Below are positions 37,001 through 49,023 of a stretch of DNA of 64,000 nt, in pieces. The position numbers and the translations under genes were made by a program. The notes under the pieces were generated by a model. That model was not told where the DNA came from, did not search any database, and saw only the letters and a program-made list of their open reading frames with translations. Each line of letters begins with the position of its first letter. Positions within the stretch are counted from its first letter, which is position 1. The stretch spans positions 1 through 64,000 of the forward strand of contig NIVC01001289.1 in assembly GCA_002269645.1 (NCBI GenBank). Reading direction: 5' to 3'. Source of the DNA: Macrostomum lignano (taxonomy: Eukaryota).

Positions 37001-39740
37001 GAGACGGAGAGGGAGGTGGAGATGGAGCGGAGAGGGAGAGGGAGAGGGAGAGGGAGAGGGAGAGGGAGACGGAGAGGGAGACGGAGAGGGAGAGGGAGAG
37101 GGAGAGGGAGAGGGAGACGGAGAGGGAGGCGGAGATGGAGACGGAGAGGGAGACGGAGAGGGAGAAGGAGAGGGAGACGGAAAGGGAGACGGAGAGGGAG
37201 ACGGAGATGGAGACGGAGAGGGAGACGGAGAGGGAGACGGAAAGGGAGACGGAGAGGGAGACGGAGATGGAGACGGAGAGAGAGACGGAGAGGGAGACGG
37301 AGAGGGAGGTGGAGATGGAGGTGGAGATGGAGAGGGAGAGGGAGACGGAGGGGGAGAGGGAGAGGGAGACGGAGAGGGAGACGGAGAGGGAGACGGAGAG
37401 GGAGACGGAGATGGAGAGGGAGACGGAGACGGAGAGGGAGAGGGAGAGGGAGAGGGAGACGGAGAGGGAGAGGGAGAGGGAGAGGGAGAGGGAGAGGGAG
37501 ACGGAGAGGGAGAGGGAGAGGGAGACGGAGAGGGAGACGGAGAGGGAGACGGAGAGGGAGACGGAGAGGGAGACGGAGAGGGAGAGGGAGAGGGAGAGGG
37601 AGAGGGAGACGGAGAGGGAGGTGGAGATGGAGGCGGAGAGGGAGACGGAGAGGGAGACGGAGAGGGAGAGGGAGACGGAGAGGGAGACGGAGAGGGAGAC
37701 GGAGAGGGAGAGGGAGAGGGAGAGGGAGACGGAGAGGGAGACGGAAAGGGAGACGGAGAGGGAGACGGAGATGGAGACGGAGAGAGAGACGGAGAGGGAG
37801 ACGGAGAGGGAGGTGGAGAGGGAGACGGAGAGGGAGGTGGAGATGGAGGTGGAGATGGAGAGGGAGAGGGAGACGGAGAGGGAGGTGGAGATGGAGGCGG
37901 AGAGGGAGAGGGAGAGGGAGAGGGAGAGGGAGAGGAGAGGGAGAGGGAGACGGAGAGGGAGAGGAGAGGGAGACGGAGAGGGAGAGGGAGACGGAGAGGG
38001 AGGCGGAGATGGAGACGGAGAGGGAGACGGAGAGGGAGAAGGAGAGGGAGACGGAAAGGGAGACGGAGAGGAGACGGAGATGGAGACGGAGAGGGAGACG
38101 GAGAGGGAGACGGAAAGGGAGACGGAGAGGGAGACGGAGATGGAGACGGAGAGAGAGACGGAGAGGGAGACGGAGAGGGAGGTGGAGATGGAGGTGGAGA
38201 TGGAGAGGGAGAGGGAGACGGAGGGGGAGAGGGAGAGGGAGACGGAGAGGGAGACGGAGAGGGAGACGGAGAGGGAGACGGAGATGGAGAGGGAGACGGA
38301 GACGGAGAGGGAGAGGAGAGGGAGAGGGAGACGGAGAGGAGAGGGAGAGGGAGAGGGAGAGGGAGAGGGAGACGGAGAGGGAGAGGGAGAGGGAGACGGA
38401 GAGGGAGACGGAGAGGGAGACGGAGAGGGAGACGGAGAGGGAGAGGGAGAGGGAGAGGGAGAGGGAGAGGGAGAGGGAGACGGAGAGGGAGGTGGAGATG
38501 GAGGCGGAGAGGGAGAGGGAGAGGAGAGGGAGACGGAGAGGGAGACGGAGAGGGAGACGGAGACGGAGAGGGAGAGGGAGAGGGAGACGGAGACGGAGAG
38601 GGAGGTGGAGATGGAGGCGGAGAGGGAGAGGGAGACGGAGAGGGAGACGGAGAGGGAGACGGAGAGGGAGACGGAGACGGAGAGGGAGAGGGAGAGGAGA
38701 GGGAGACGGAGACGGAGAGGGAGAGGGAGAGGGAGAGGGAGACGGAGAGGGAGAGGGAGAGGGAGAGGGAGAGGGAGAGGGAGACGGAGAGGGAGAGGGA
38801 GAGGGAGACGGAGAGGGAGACGGAGAGGGAGACGGAGAGGGAGAGGAGAGGGAGAGGGAGACGGAGAGGGAGGTGGAGATGGAGGCGGAGAGGAGAGGGA
38901 GAGGGAGAGGGAGACGGAGAGGGAGACGGAGACGGAGAGGGAGACGGAGAGGGAGACGGAGAGGGAGAGGGAGAGGGAGACGGAGAGGGAGACGGAGAGG
39001 GAGACGGAGAGGGAGACGGAGAGGGAGAGGGAGAGGGAGACGGAGACGGAGAGGGAGAGGGAGAGGGAGAGGGAGACGGAGACGGAGAGGGAGACGGAGA
39101 GGGAGACGGAGAGGGAGACGGAGAGGGAGACGGAGAGGGAGAGGGAGACGGAGAGGGAGGTGGAGATGGAGGCGGAGAGGGAGAGGGAGAGGGAGAGGGA
39201 GACGGAGAGGGAGGTGGAGATGGAGGCGGAGAGGGAGAGGGAGAGGGAGAGGGAGACGGAGAGGGAGACGGAGAGGGAGACGGAGAGGGAGACGGAGACG
39301 GAGAGGGAGAGGGAGAGGGAGAGGGAGACGGAGAGGGAGACGGAGAGGGAGAGGGAGAGGGAGACGGAGAGGGAGACGGAGAGGGAGACGGAGAGGGAGA
39401 CGGAGAGGGAGAGGGAGACGGAGAGGGAGGTGGAGATGGAGGCGGAGAGGGAGAGGGAGAGGGAGAGGGAGACGGAGAGGGAGACGGAGAGGGAGAGGAG
39501 AGGGAGAGGAGAGAGGGAGAGGGAGACGGAGACGGAGACGGAGAGGGAGACGGAGAGGGAGACGGAGAGGGAGACGGAGAGGGAGACGGAGAGGGAGACG
39601 GAGAGGGAGACGGAGAGGGAGAGGGAGAGGGAGAGGGAGACGGAGACGGAGAGGGAGACGGAGAGGGAGACGGAGAGGGAGGCGGAGAAGGTGCCGGAGT
39701 GGGAGACGGAGACGGATGAGGAGGAGGACGTGGACGGAGA
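34024..39740. repeat. 5.7-kb hexamer array GAG+(AGG/ACG/ATG/GTG/GCG/AAG/GGG) with higher-order blocks
   Basis: Read directly; nearly stop-free in all frames; recurring marker blocks gagaaggag (~34320, 35260, 37165, 38038) and ggggg (~34433, 35447, 37350, 38222). Confidence 0.97.
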
Positions 39741-40151
39741 AGCGGCAAGACCTTCTAGTAAAACGAAAATAAAAAAATAGTAGCATTTTTCTTTTTTGTA
39801 AAATTCTACATACCAATTAGTCCCAGAAAGTATCCAATCCTTCGAAAAATGGCATGGTGCATCAGCTTGGCTGTAGCTCGTATCATCCTACCAATTTATT
39901 GGACCTGAATTCTCCTACTTAAAGAAAAAAGTTGCATAATTTTTCTCCACCTGATTTGTAGCTTTTTGCTATTCGAAATTTCAAGTTTCTTTCGCATTTC
40001 AGCGCATGCAGTTGCATTAATCAATATCCAGTCCCTGTTTTGGTGGGTTGCGCAGATTCCTGTAGAATTCCAATTCGAGTTTTAGAAAATCTCGAACTCA
40101 TTTGAAATTGATTGAAATTTAGACAGCCGTGCCAGACAACAGAGCAAGAAA

Positions 40152-41185
<1,034 letters not shown>

Positions 41186-44100
41186 TGGGTTTTGGGTCTT
41201 GTTATGTTCTCAAGGCGACTCCTATAATGAGCAGGTATTAATGGTGATCCTTTAGCTTTTCGACTAATCAATGACAACAAAGGATGCTGGACAGATGTCA
41301 AATTGCACCGTGTTGTATAGCACATTATCTGCATGCATTACAGTTTTAGCTAGGAATTAATAGTGAACAGAACGGCTTACCAACGTGACTATGCAAATGA
41401 GTGACAGTTAGAAGTGGGTTGTATACGGGAAGCTCTCGCCCCGCAGTGGACATTAATCACCTCCTCCAACTAATCCCGCTAATTGTTGACTCAGATGATA
41501 ACAGAGAGCGGAAGTATAGCCGGAGTCAGACAAATTCGTGTGCTAAAACTATACAGGACAGAGAGAAGTCTCTACAGCACACTAGCGAGTCGAGATGCGT
41601 CAAGTACCAATTACTTTGACAAATAGATTTCAGAGTTGAGTCGCTAGCAACCGTTGTCAAGAGGAACTGTAAGCGTATAACGGTGAGAGTAGAGAGACAG
41701 CTATAGTTGGTGCTTGGATTGGTTGGACAAATAGAGGACACAGAGTGTTGATCTAGAATAGAATATGATCGAGTTCTTGAACAAACAGGCACACCATGTG
41801 TGGTATGCGAATCGATTTAATTCAAGCGCAAATACAAAATTCTAATTCTAATTTTGTAAAACTATTTGGACAGAGTCTGGAAATACGACTCTGTTTAAAA
41901 AAATAGATTTCAGGACTTCAACAGAAAGAGTGTGAAAGTTCAGAAGATTATTTACCAACACACTCCGCGTCTTTTTCAATCTGTCTGGGTCATTCGATGC
42001 GTCATTTTTCACAAGCTCGACATTCCACACACTCAGCTTTGGACTAAAAAATTTCACGTGCTCGCGACCTTCCCATCATCAAAAGACTTGATATAGTCAT
42101 GTTCGCTAGCTCGAAACTTCACGACTTCGACATGGAGAAATTATGAGCTTGTGAAACGCTGCTTCTTCTGAATCTTTCTCACACTTTGGTGTCATTTATT
42201 TCAAATAAAATCTCTCTCTGGAGCCTTAATGAACTGAATTGTGACCGAAGTTCAGTTTGGCCAGCCCCTCCCGCGATATTTGCCAGTAAAAAAGCTTTTA
42301 GCACCAAAAAGATTAGCATCCCGGAAAGAATCCATCAATCATTTCTGGCAACTTTTAGTCCAAAAACCAGCAAATGTTTTTCAGGAAATGGATATAGCTT
42401 CGAAGCCTTCAATAAAATTTTGGCATTACTTTAAAAAATACACACTGGTTATCGCAACTGAAACCGTTGACAGCTGTTTGGCGCACTTTTTAGTCGGTGG
42501 GGAGGAACTTCCGTTGTTAAAGTCACACGATGATGAAATTATTCGTGTCTGTTTTTAAGCTTTAACCAGTAAAACACTGTCGCAAAAATTTTCAAACACT
42601 TTCTGGGATTCTTGTCTACAACTAAGAGCGAGTTCGGGCTCTGATAAGGTTCGGGATCCCCAAGAGAGATATTCGAAATTGTGATTTACCCTGAACCCCG
42701 AAAAACAAATACCAACACCAACCCAAAGCGCCGACAAATTGGGCCGGGATCCCGGGATTGAAAAGGTTTCTAATTTTTGTTGGTGCAATTTTGGTCTACG
42801 AAGCCATCTAACCTGATTTTAAAGGCGATTTTTAACCTGATTCTTTATTTTAGCAAACAAGAAACTGACAATGAGCTCTGTATTGGCGATTGATGTATGG
42901 GCTGGCGTAATGCCAGTATCAGCTCAGGAAAATCGCACTTGATTGTGATGTAATCTGGGGAATGATAGCTTACAGAGCTATGGCTCGAGGTACTGATGCC
43001 AGGGTAGAAGGGGATCAGACATTGCACCCTCCCAGGGGCACCCATCCTAGATGGAAAATTGGTAGCTTTGGTTGTGGTCGGATAGCAAGATCCCAACTGT
43101 TCTAATCCCAACGAAACGGCCAAGTAGTTTTGAAGGTAGGGACTGCTTGAGGTTGTTCAACATCATTACACGTTAAATACCCTTATGACCTGCTAACAGC
43201 TTACAGCAGGGATACAGTTTTGCATCCCCGCAGCCCCATAGCCTTCTGCTCACTAGCCTGCATGTTTAAAAGATTACTAAATCGAAGCAGGACAACTGGG
43301 TTATGATGATTTTCACCTGACAAGCATCTCAGCTCCAGATACTACTATTCGAAAATGAATTATTAAATTATTGAAAGCGGGATCGGGATCATAATGGTCA
43401 ATCCCGGGATTTTCGGATCCCAGGATTTATAATTATAAATTATAGTCCTCGTTTATTTCTCGGTTGCTCCACCCTCCCGAACACCCATACCTGTAACTAT
43501 ATATTTAATGCATTTATAATTATAAGGTGGCCCGGTGTTAAAGTTAAGTATAGTGAGTTTGGTATAGTGTGGATGAAGGTAGGCTACGCTAGTATGGTTA
43601 TTTATTCAATGCCAATAGCTTTTAATATGATAAGATGTGCATTAACGGGATGGAAAGGAACACTTTTGAGGGTTAATTAAGGCACCGTCAATTAAATACT
43701 AGTATCGATAATTTTCTAAACCAAGCACATGTGGAATGGGTTGAAGAGCCCCGGCCAGAAAATCGATCAATTCTAGCCCCTGTAACCCAACACACGCGCA
43801 CAGGGCGTCAATAAGAGCGCACAAGTCAGCGCAGGAGCTGGGGAGTGAGTTGGTGATGGATAATCGATAACCCGCTGTTCTAAAAACTCAAGCCCAACTG
43901 TGATAGGTGGCGCTATTATTTCTGTCGATAGAAAAAGCTGATTTAATTCGACTGGGCTGTGGGTAGAAAATCGATATGCTGAACCCACTCAACAATATTA
44001 TCAAAAACGTTTACAGTTAACATAGTGTAGATTGCTTGACCCATCGACTTCAATTGCAAGTAGTCAGCCTTGGTAATGTTAAAAATTCGGGCCTATAATA

Positions 44101-44994
44101 GCTCCTGTAGAATTAGGCCCATATGCACCGTTTCAACCAAGAGGCCCAGCACGCAAGGCCGCCGGCTGTCAAAAAAATCATCAGCACCTGCTATAAAATC
44201 GTGATTGATTGGATTGTGCTTATACGAGTACTGTCGGCTGACATATAGGAGCCTGAGAGTGGTAAAAACGATAGAAATGCAATTGCCGAAAGAGGTACCG
44301 AATCAGAAGTGCAGGTTCTATTGCGATTTATGTCCAGCACTTAAGAGTAATTAATTTTCTACCCCATAAATCCCCTCCGCGCGGTATATACACGTAAAAA
44401 TATGCGCTGGGCCTAAAAGATTTTATCAAGAGAAAAGATTATCTGACGATTCTACGCGAAATCACTATACGGCCAAATGGATTCTGTCCGAGGAATCTTA
44501 TAAAAGCCGATTTAGAAAAAGCTGTAATTTTTTAATATGCGAATCAAAAATCCTATAGCAAATGGTGGATAATTTTCAACTTATACTACTCATTTTATTT
44601 CGGTTAAAGAGTTTTGTTATAATTAATTTTTTTCTAATATTTCAAAGAAAGGTGTAGCAAATTAGTAGTAGCTCTAAATCACAACACATGATTTTAAAAA
44701 ACTAATTATTATTATCTTTTTACTGAATCACACAGATGCAATTTTTTGCAAACGAAAAGTCCAATAATCAATAAAAATATCAGATACGAACGTAAATATT
44801 GACTAGGTAAAACTCTATCAGTTATGAGCAAATATAGAACGTGCAGGAGTTTTTTATCTGTGAGCAACAATTTCAATTTCATTATGAAATTCATAGATTA
44901 TTGTTAGAACAGGTACACTGCATTGACAATCAAAGTGTGATTTGTCAATCTCAAACTTCCATAGGTTAACTGGTTCACTAGCTGTTATTTAAAA

Positions 44995-47373
44995 TCACCA
45001 GAAGGTGCACTTTTTCCTGTCAGACGCTGGACACTGAAACGCTTCAGCAAATTCCGGCGTATGACGCGCTATGCCGTCAACTCGAATAGCGTGCGGCGCG
45101 TGAGTTGTAGCGCCGCCGAATTTTTCCGCCATGCTCTCCGGCTCGGCTTTGAAGCACCAGGACTGAGCGGCCTGGATAAAAAATAACTGCTCCTCGCTAA
45201 AGTCGACATTCAGGCCTGGTAATTGCTTCCAGTTTCCGGTCCAACGTCCTCCATCACCAAGTGGCGGCGACTTAGGCTTGGTCAGTTGCATAGCAAAGTA
45301 GGCTGCTCGAATGCCAATCAGATCGGCGATGTTGTTGCCTAGGCTGGAATCGGCGTCAAGATACGGTCCGCCCGGGTACAGAGTATAGTTGGAAAATTCT
45401 CGCCTCACACAATCCATCCTACTTAGGAAGGCCTCCTCCGTCTGGCGGTCCCAGAAGTGGCCAGAGGCGCCGCGTCGATTGATCTCGTGACCTTCGTCGT
45501 CGAAACCGTGACCAATTTCGTGTCCAATGATATAACCGAGGCTGCCAAGCTTCAAGTAAACCGGGTAGCTCTTGTGATACACCCTCGGTGCAAGGATAGC
45601 CATAGGGAAGATGATGCGATTCTTCTGCTGAAAGTTGAACGCATTCACCTCTAGCGGATTGATCGCCATAAATATGCTTATCGGTGATTTACTGGCGATC
45701 AAATCAAAGTTTTTGCGAGCCTCGGCGCATAAAGCTAAGGTGAAGAGGCTGCCAAAACTGTCGCGCAGGCCATCGGACAGGTCGGTAGAGTTGAACGCTC
45801 GCAGAGTCGAGTTGTAGAACAATTTCAATTTGCCTGCAGTGACTTGCCGGGTTCCGATGCTGTGCTGCATGTGCCGAATCTTGCCGGCAATGGCCTCTTT
45901 AGCAGACCGAGTGATCCAGTCCTGGCGTTTGACGCTGTCTATGGAAGCTGTCTTCAGTAGGTGCAGCAGATTCTTCACGTCTTCAAAGGAGCCAGCTGGG
46001 TGATAGATTTTCTCGTACATTCGCTCCACAATGGGCTGCATCTGCTGTTTGACTAGAAGCAAACAACCACCAACGACGTCGTCAGTTAAGCGCCTGAAAC
46101 TGTTCATCGTTTTGCCAATCGACTGCCAGGATTTTCGCAGCTTTCTAGGCAGGAAGTCGGCAAAATTCATCATCCAGTCGAACACAAGGAATGAAACGCG
46201 TTCGTTGAATTTTTCTCCGATGGTTGTGTAAAGCGGCAACTCTTTGAAGTAGTTGACAATGACTGTTACTGCCTTGATTGAGCGAACCTGCAGCAAAGTA
46301 TTGTTGCTTATATCCGCGTGAAGTAAGCTTTTAAAAAAGCGGCTCCATAAGAAAGGGTTCTCAGGCTGAACGCAGCGACTCAAAGCGTCCAACTCGGCAA
46401 TGGTGAACTCCGTCTGGCCTTTCAATACGGTACAGTTACAATTATCGAACTTCACTTCAACAACGGAGCGACCATCGCTATCAACCGAGGAGCAGGTGAG
46501 CATGTTCTCCAAATCTCCAAATTGATCTGACTGATTAGCCAAACTTAGGGATTGTGCAATCTGATTTTCTAAGAAGAAATCAATAAACGGAGCATATACT
46601 GGCCGACAGCTGTAGTACCTATCGTTCGTTTCAATCGACGCTCTAGTTAGATTTTCGGCGCTTTGGTCGTCCGCGGTCAACAGCTGCAATGCTATCGAGG
46701 AGGTTAACTTCACATTTAGGACGCCGCTGCCGCCAGCTTTTGTCAGGGCTGCCAGAACAGACTCGAAGCTTCCAGCTGGACGCAGGATGGGATCAATAGA
46801 CAGCATCAAGTGCTGGTAGACATCACGGAAGAACTCGACCGATATGTCGCGATTCCTGTCGTCGTCGCCAACTCGACTTTGTTGCATAAATTCGCCGCAG
46901 CTGCGATATAGTAGCCGGGTGAAATTGTACAACTGGTTGATGTCGGAGTCGGGTTCGCTGATCTCACGGTCAATGATTAACATCTCGAACATGTTCCGCT
47001 CTAGTTGTTCGCCCATGACGCTCAGAGAATCTTCAAATAGTGTCGTGGCGAACGAATCGCCCACGTGCGCTTTAGCATGGTTGTATCGAACCAGCTGGGG
47101 GAAATTGCCGCAAGCGTAGTTGTAAAAATTAGTGCACGGATCGGCCGTCTGGTTCATCATGCCGACAATCTCGGCGGCCAGGTTCAGGCACTCTAGACTG
47201 CGACATTTTGTGTCGAGAGGCGAAGATTTTTGAGAGCTAGACGCAGCTGCCGAGGCGATTGACTCCGGCTTAAGGAGCAACAGCAGGGCCAGTGCAATAA
47301 TAACTGCGGGACTGCCTGCTGTGATAAAGATAAAATAATCATTTTTTGTTATATATATTCGTCTTGACGCCAT
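44995..47373 (-). CDS. Intronless neprilysin/endothelin-converting-enzyme-like M13 metallopeptidase, type II membrane anchor, 792 aa
   Basis: N-terminal TM (AVIIALALLLLL), C-x-x-x-x-C...DPCTNFYNYACG, VNAFN, GHEIGHGFD (HExxH), GNNIAD, HAP..IRV.G and terminal CTFW. Confidence 0.96.
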   Translation of the reverse strand: MASRRIYITKNDYFIFITAGSPAVIIALALLLLLKPESIASAAASSSQKSSPLDTKCRSLECLNLAAEIVGMMNQTADPCTNFYNYACGNFPQLVRYNHAKAHVGDSFATTLFEDSLSVMGEQLERNMFEMLIIDREISEPDSDINQLYNFTRLLYRSCGEFMQQSRVGDDDRNRDISVEFFRDVYQHLMLSIDPILRPAGSFESVLAALTKAGGSGVLNVKLTSSIALQLLTADDQSAENLTRASIETNDRYYSCRPVYAPFIDFFLENQIAQSLSLANQSDQFGDLENMLTCSSVDSDGRSVVEVKFDNCNCTVLKGQTEFTIAELDALSRCVQPENPFLWSRFFKSLLHADISNNTLLQVRSIKAVTVIVNYFKELPLYTTIGEKFNERVSFLVFDWMMNFADFLPRKLRKSWQSIGKTMNSFRRLTDDVVGGCLLLVKQQMQPIVERMYEKIYHPAGSFEDVKNLLHLLKTASIDSVKRQDWITRSAKEAIAGKIRHMQHSIGTRQVTAGKLKLFYNSTLRAFNSTDLSDGLRDSFGSLFTLALCAEARKNFDLIASKSPISIFMAINPLEVNAFNFQQKNRIIFPMAILAPRVYHKSYPVYLKLGSLGYIIGHEIGHGFDDEGHEINRRGASGHFWDRQTEEAFLSRMDCVRREFSNYTLYPGGPYLDADSSLGNNIADLIGIRAAYFAMQLTKPKSPPLGDGGRWTGNWKQLPGLNVDFSEEQLFFIQAAQSWCFKAEPESMAEKFGGATTHAPHAIRVDGIARHTPEFAEAFQCPASDRKKCTFW

Positions 47374-47544
47374 TTCAAAGAGATGTACTGCAACGTTTGA
47401 TTTTTAAGGGAAGCAGAAGTATGGAAAATAATCCAGTATGAAAGTGCCAAAGACCAGGAGCCAGAAAAAAATGGAGGATGTTTAAGGAGCCCTGGAACTG
47501 CTTTCCCCCAAAAAGCAGTGGATGCTGGAAAACTGATAGCCAGA

Positions 47545-48095
47545 AGACAGAGGACCTTTTACATCTAAAATACAGATGATTTTGTACATTTAAAAGACAG
47601 AGGACCTCATACATTTAAAAGACAGAGGTTCTTGTATATCTAGAGGACAGAGGACCTAGTAGATCTAGAAGTCAGAGGACCTTGTAAATCTAGAGTAAAA
47701 AAGAGGACCTTGTAAATCTAGAAGACAGATCGAGGACCTTGTAAATCTAGAAGACAGAGGACCTTGTAAATCTAGAAGACAGATCGAGGACCTTGTAAAT
47801 CTAGAAGACAGAGGACCTTGTAAATCTAGAAGACAGAGGACCTTGTAAATCTAGAAGACAGAGGACCTTGTAAATCTAGAAGACAGATCGAGGACCTTGT
47901 AAATCTAGAAGACAGAGGACCTTGTAAATCTAGAAGACAGAGGACCTTGTAAATCTAGAAGACAGAGGACCTTGTAAATCTAGAAGACAGATCGAGGACC
48001 TTGTAAATCTAGAAGACAGAGGACCTTGTAAATCTAGAAGACAGATCGAGGACCTTGTAAATCTAGAAGACAAAGAATCTTAGAAATCTAGAAGG
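47545..48095. repeat. 25-bp minisatellite gaggaccttgtaaatctagaagaca with an interspersed 29-bp (+gatc) variant
   Basis: Core 47702-48070; degenerate units on both sides. Confidence 0.95.
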
Positions 48096-48304
48096 CGGTG
48101 GATTTTGGATAGCTACAGTATATAGAAGACTGGCACTTAAAGAAAATAAGAGACTCTAGAAACTAAGAAAATAAAGCTAGAAGGCGACGAACCTTCAAAG
48201 CGCTAGGGAGAGAGACACCTAGGGCGCTTGGGAGAAAGAAGTCGAAAGCTAGGCTTCAGATGGGATATTACGCGCATACTATGTTTAATCTCAAACAAAA
48301 AATA

Positions 48305-49023
48305 TTCCTTTTTACGTTCTATTTGATAAAAACTGCAACCAATTTGGCCACGGCTCAGCCTGACGCAGCCGCAGCAATTTTCCATAGACAGCCACCGCTA
48401 GCGGCAACCAATTTGGCAAAAACTGCGAGCCATTCCGCCAGCTTGAAGATAGCAGCTCAATAGCTCATAACAATAACGATAAAGAATGTTAACAATACAT
48501 GCACGAAGTCAGAACATTATGTCCTCAGCATTCAAGCACCGATTGAAGTACGTCTGGGAATGGTTGATCCAGCGCAGGCACTTGAGAGGCGTGATGCAGT
48601 TCAGTGCTTGCTGCACTTCTCTCTTCAGAATGCGCATCCTGTGCTGATGCAGTGTCGCACCTGCTGCAGCAGCCAGTCCAGTATCTGCCACCTCGCGCTG
48701 AATGGCAGGTGATTGCAATTGCGTTTTCAGCTTGGCCTTCAGCGCTGAGCCTGCGTACTCCGCCGGGTTGATGATGAGAGAGCACGACTGATAGTGGTCA
48801 GACTCACCACCATTCGCTCTCGATCCAGCTGATTTATCTTTTGGTACGGCCCACGATTCGCCATCAGAGCAGCTGCTATCTTCAAGCTGGCAAAACAGCT
48901 CGCAGTCTTCACCAAACTGGCCGCCGCCAGCGGTGGCTGTCTATGGAAAATTCTATGTCTATGGTCAGGCTGAGCCGTGGCCAAATTGGTTGCAGTTTTT
49001 ATCAAATAGAACGTAAAAAGGTA
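48305..49023 (-). mobile_element. Internally deleted IS630/Tc1-mariner element, copy B (short N-terminus, VSLTTISRAL helix, and C-terminus from the NPxE motif)
   Basis: Same TIRs and TA flanks as 27880-28692; minus-strand INPAEYAGSALKAKLK...ALNCITPLKCLRWINHSQTYFNRCL. Confidence 0.9.

Noticed and set aside
34024-39816. Minus-strand 1880-1930-aa poly-SP/LP/LR ORFs
   Set aside because: Antisense shadows of the hexamer array; no coding-like flanks in those frames.
41830-43430. Possible decayed hAT transposon (atcccgggat subterminal motifs at ~42750, ~43405 and ~53745; a CxxC-like fragment)
   Set aside because: No continuous transposase motif or matched TIR/TSD could be established; needs a repeat-library search.
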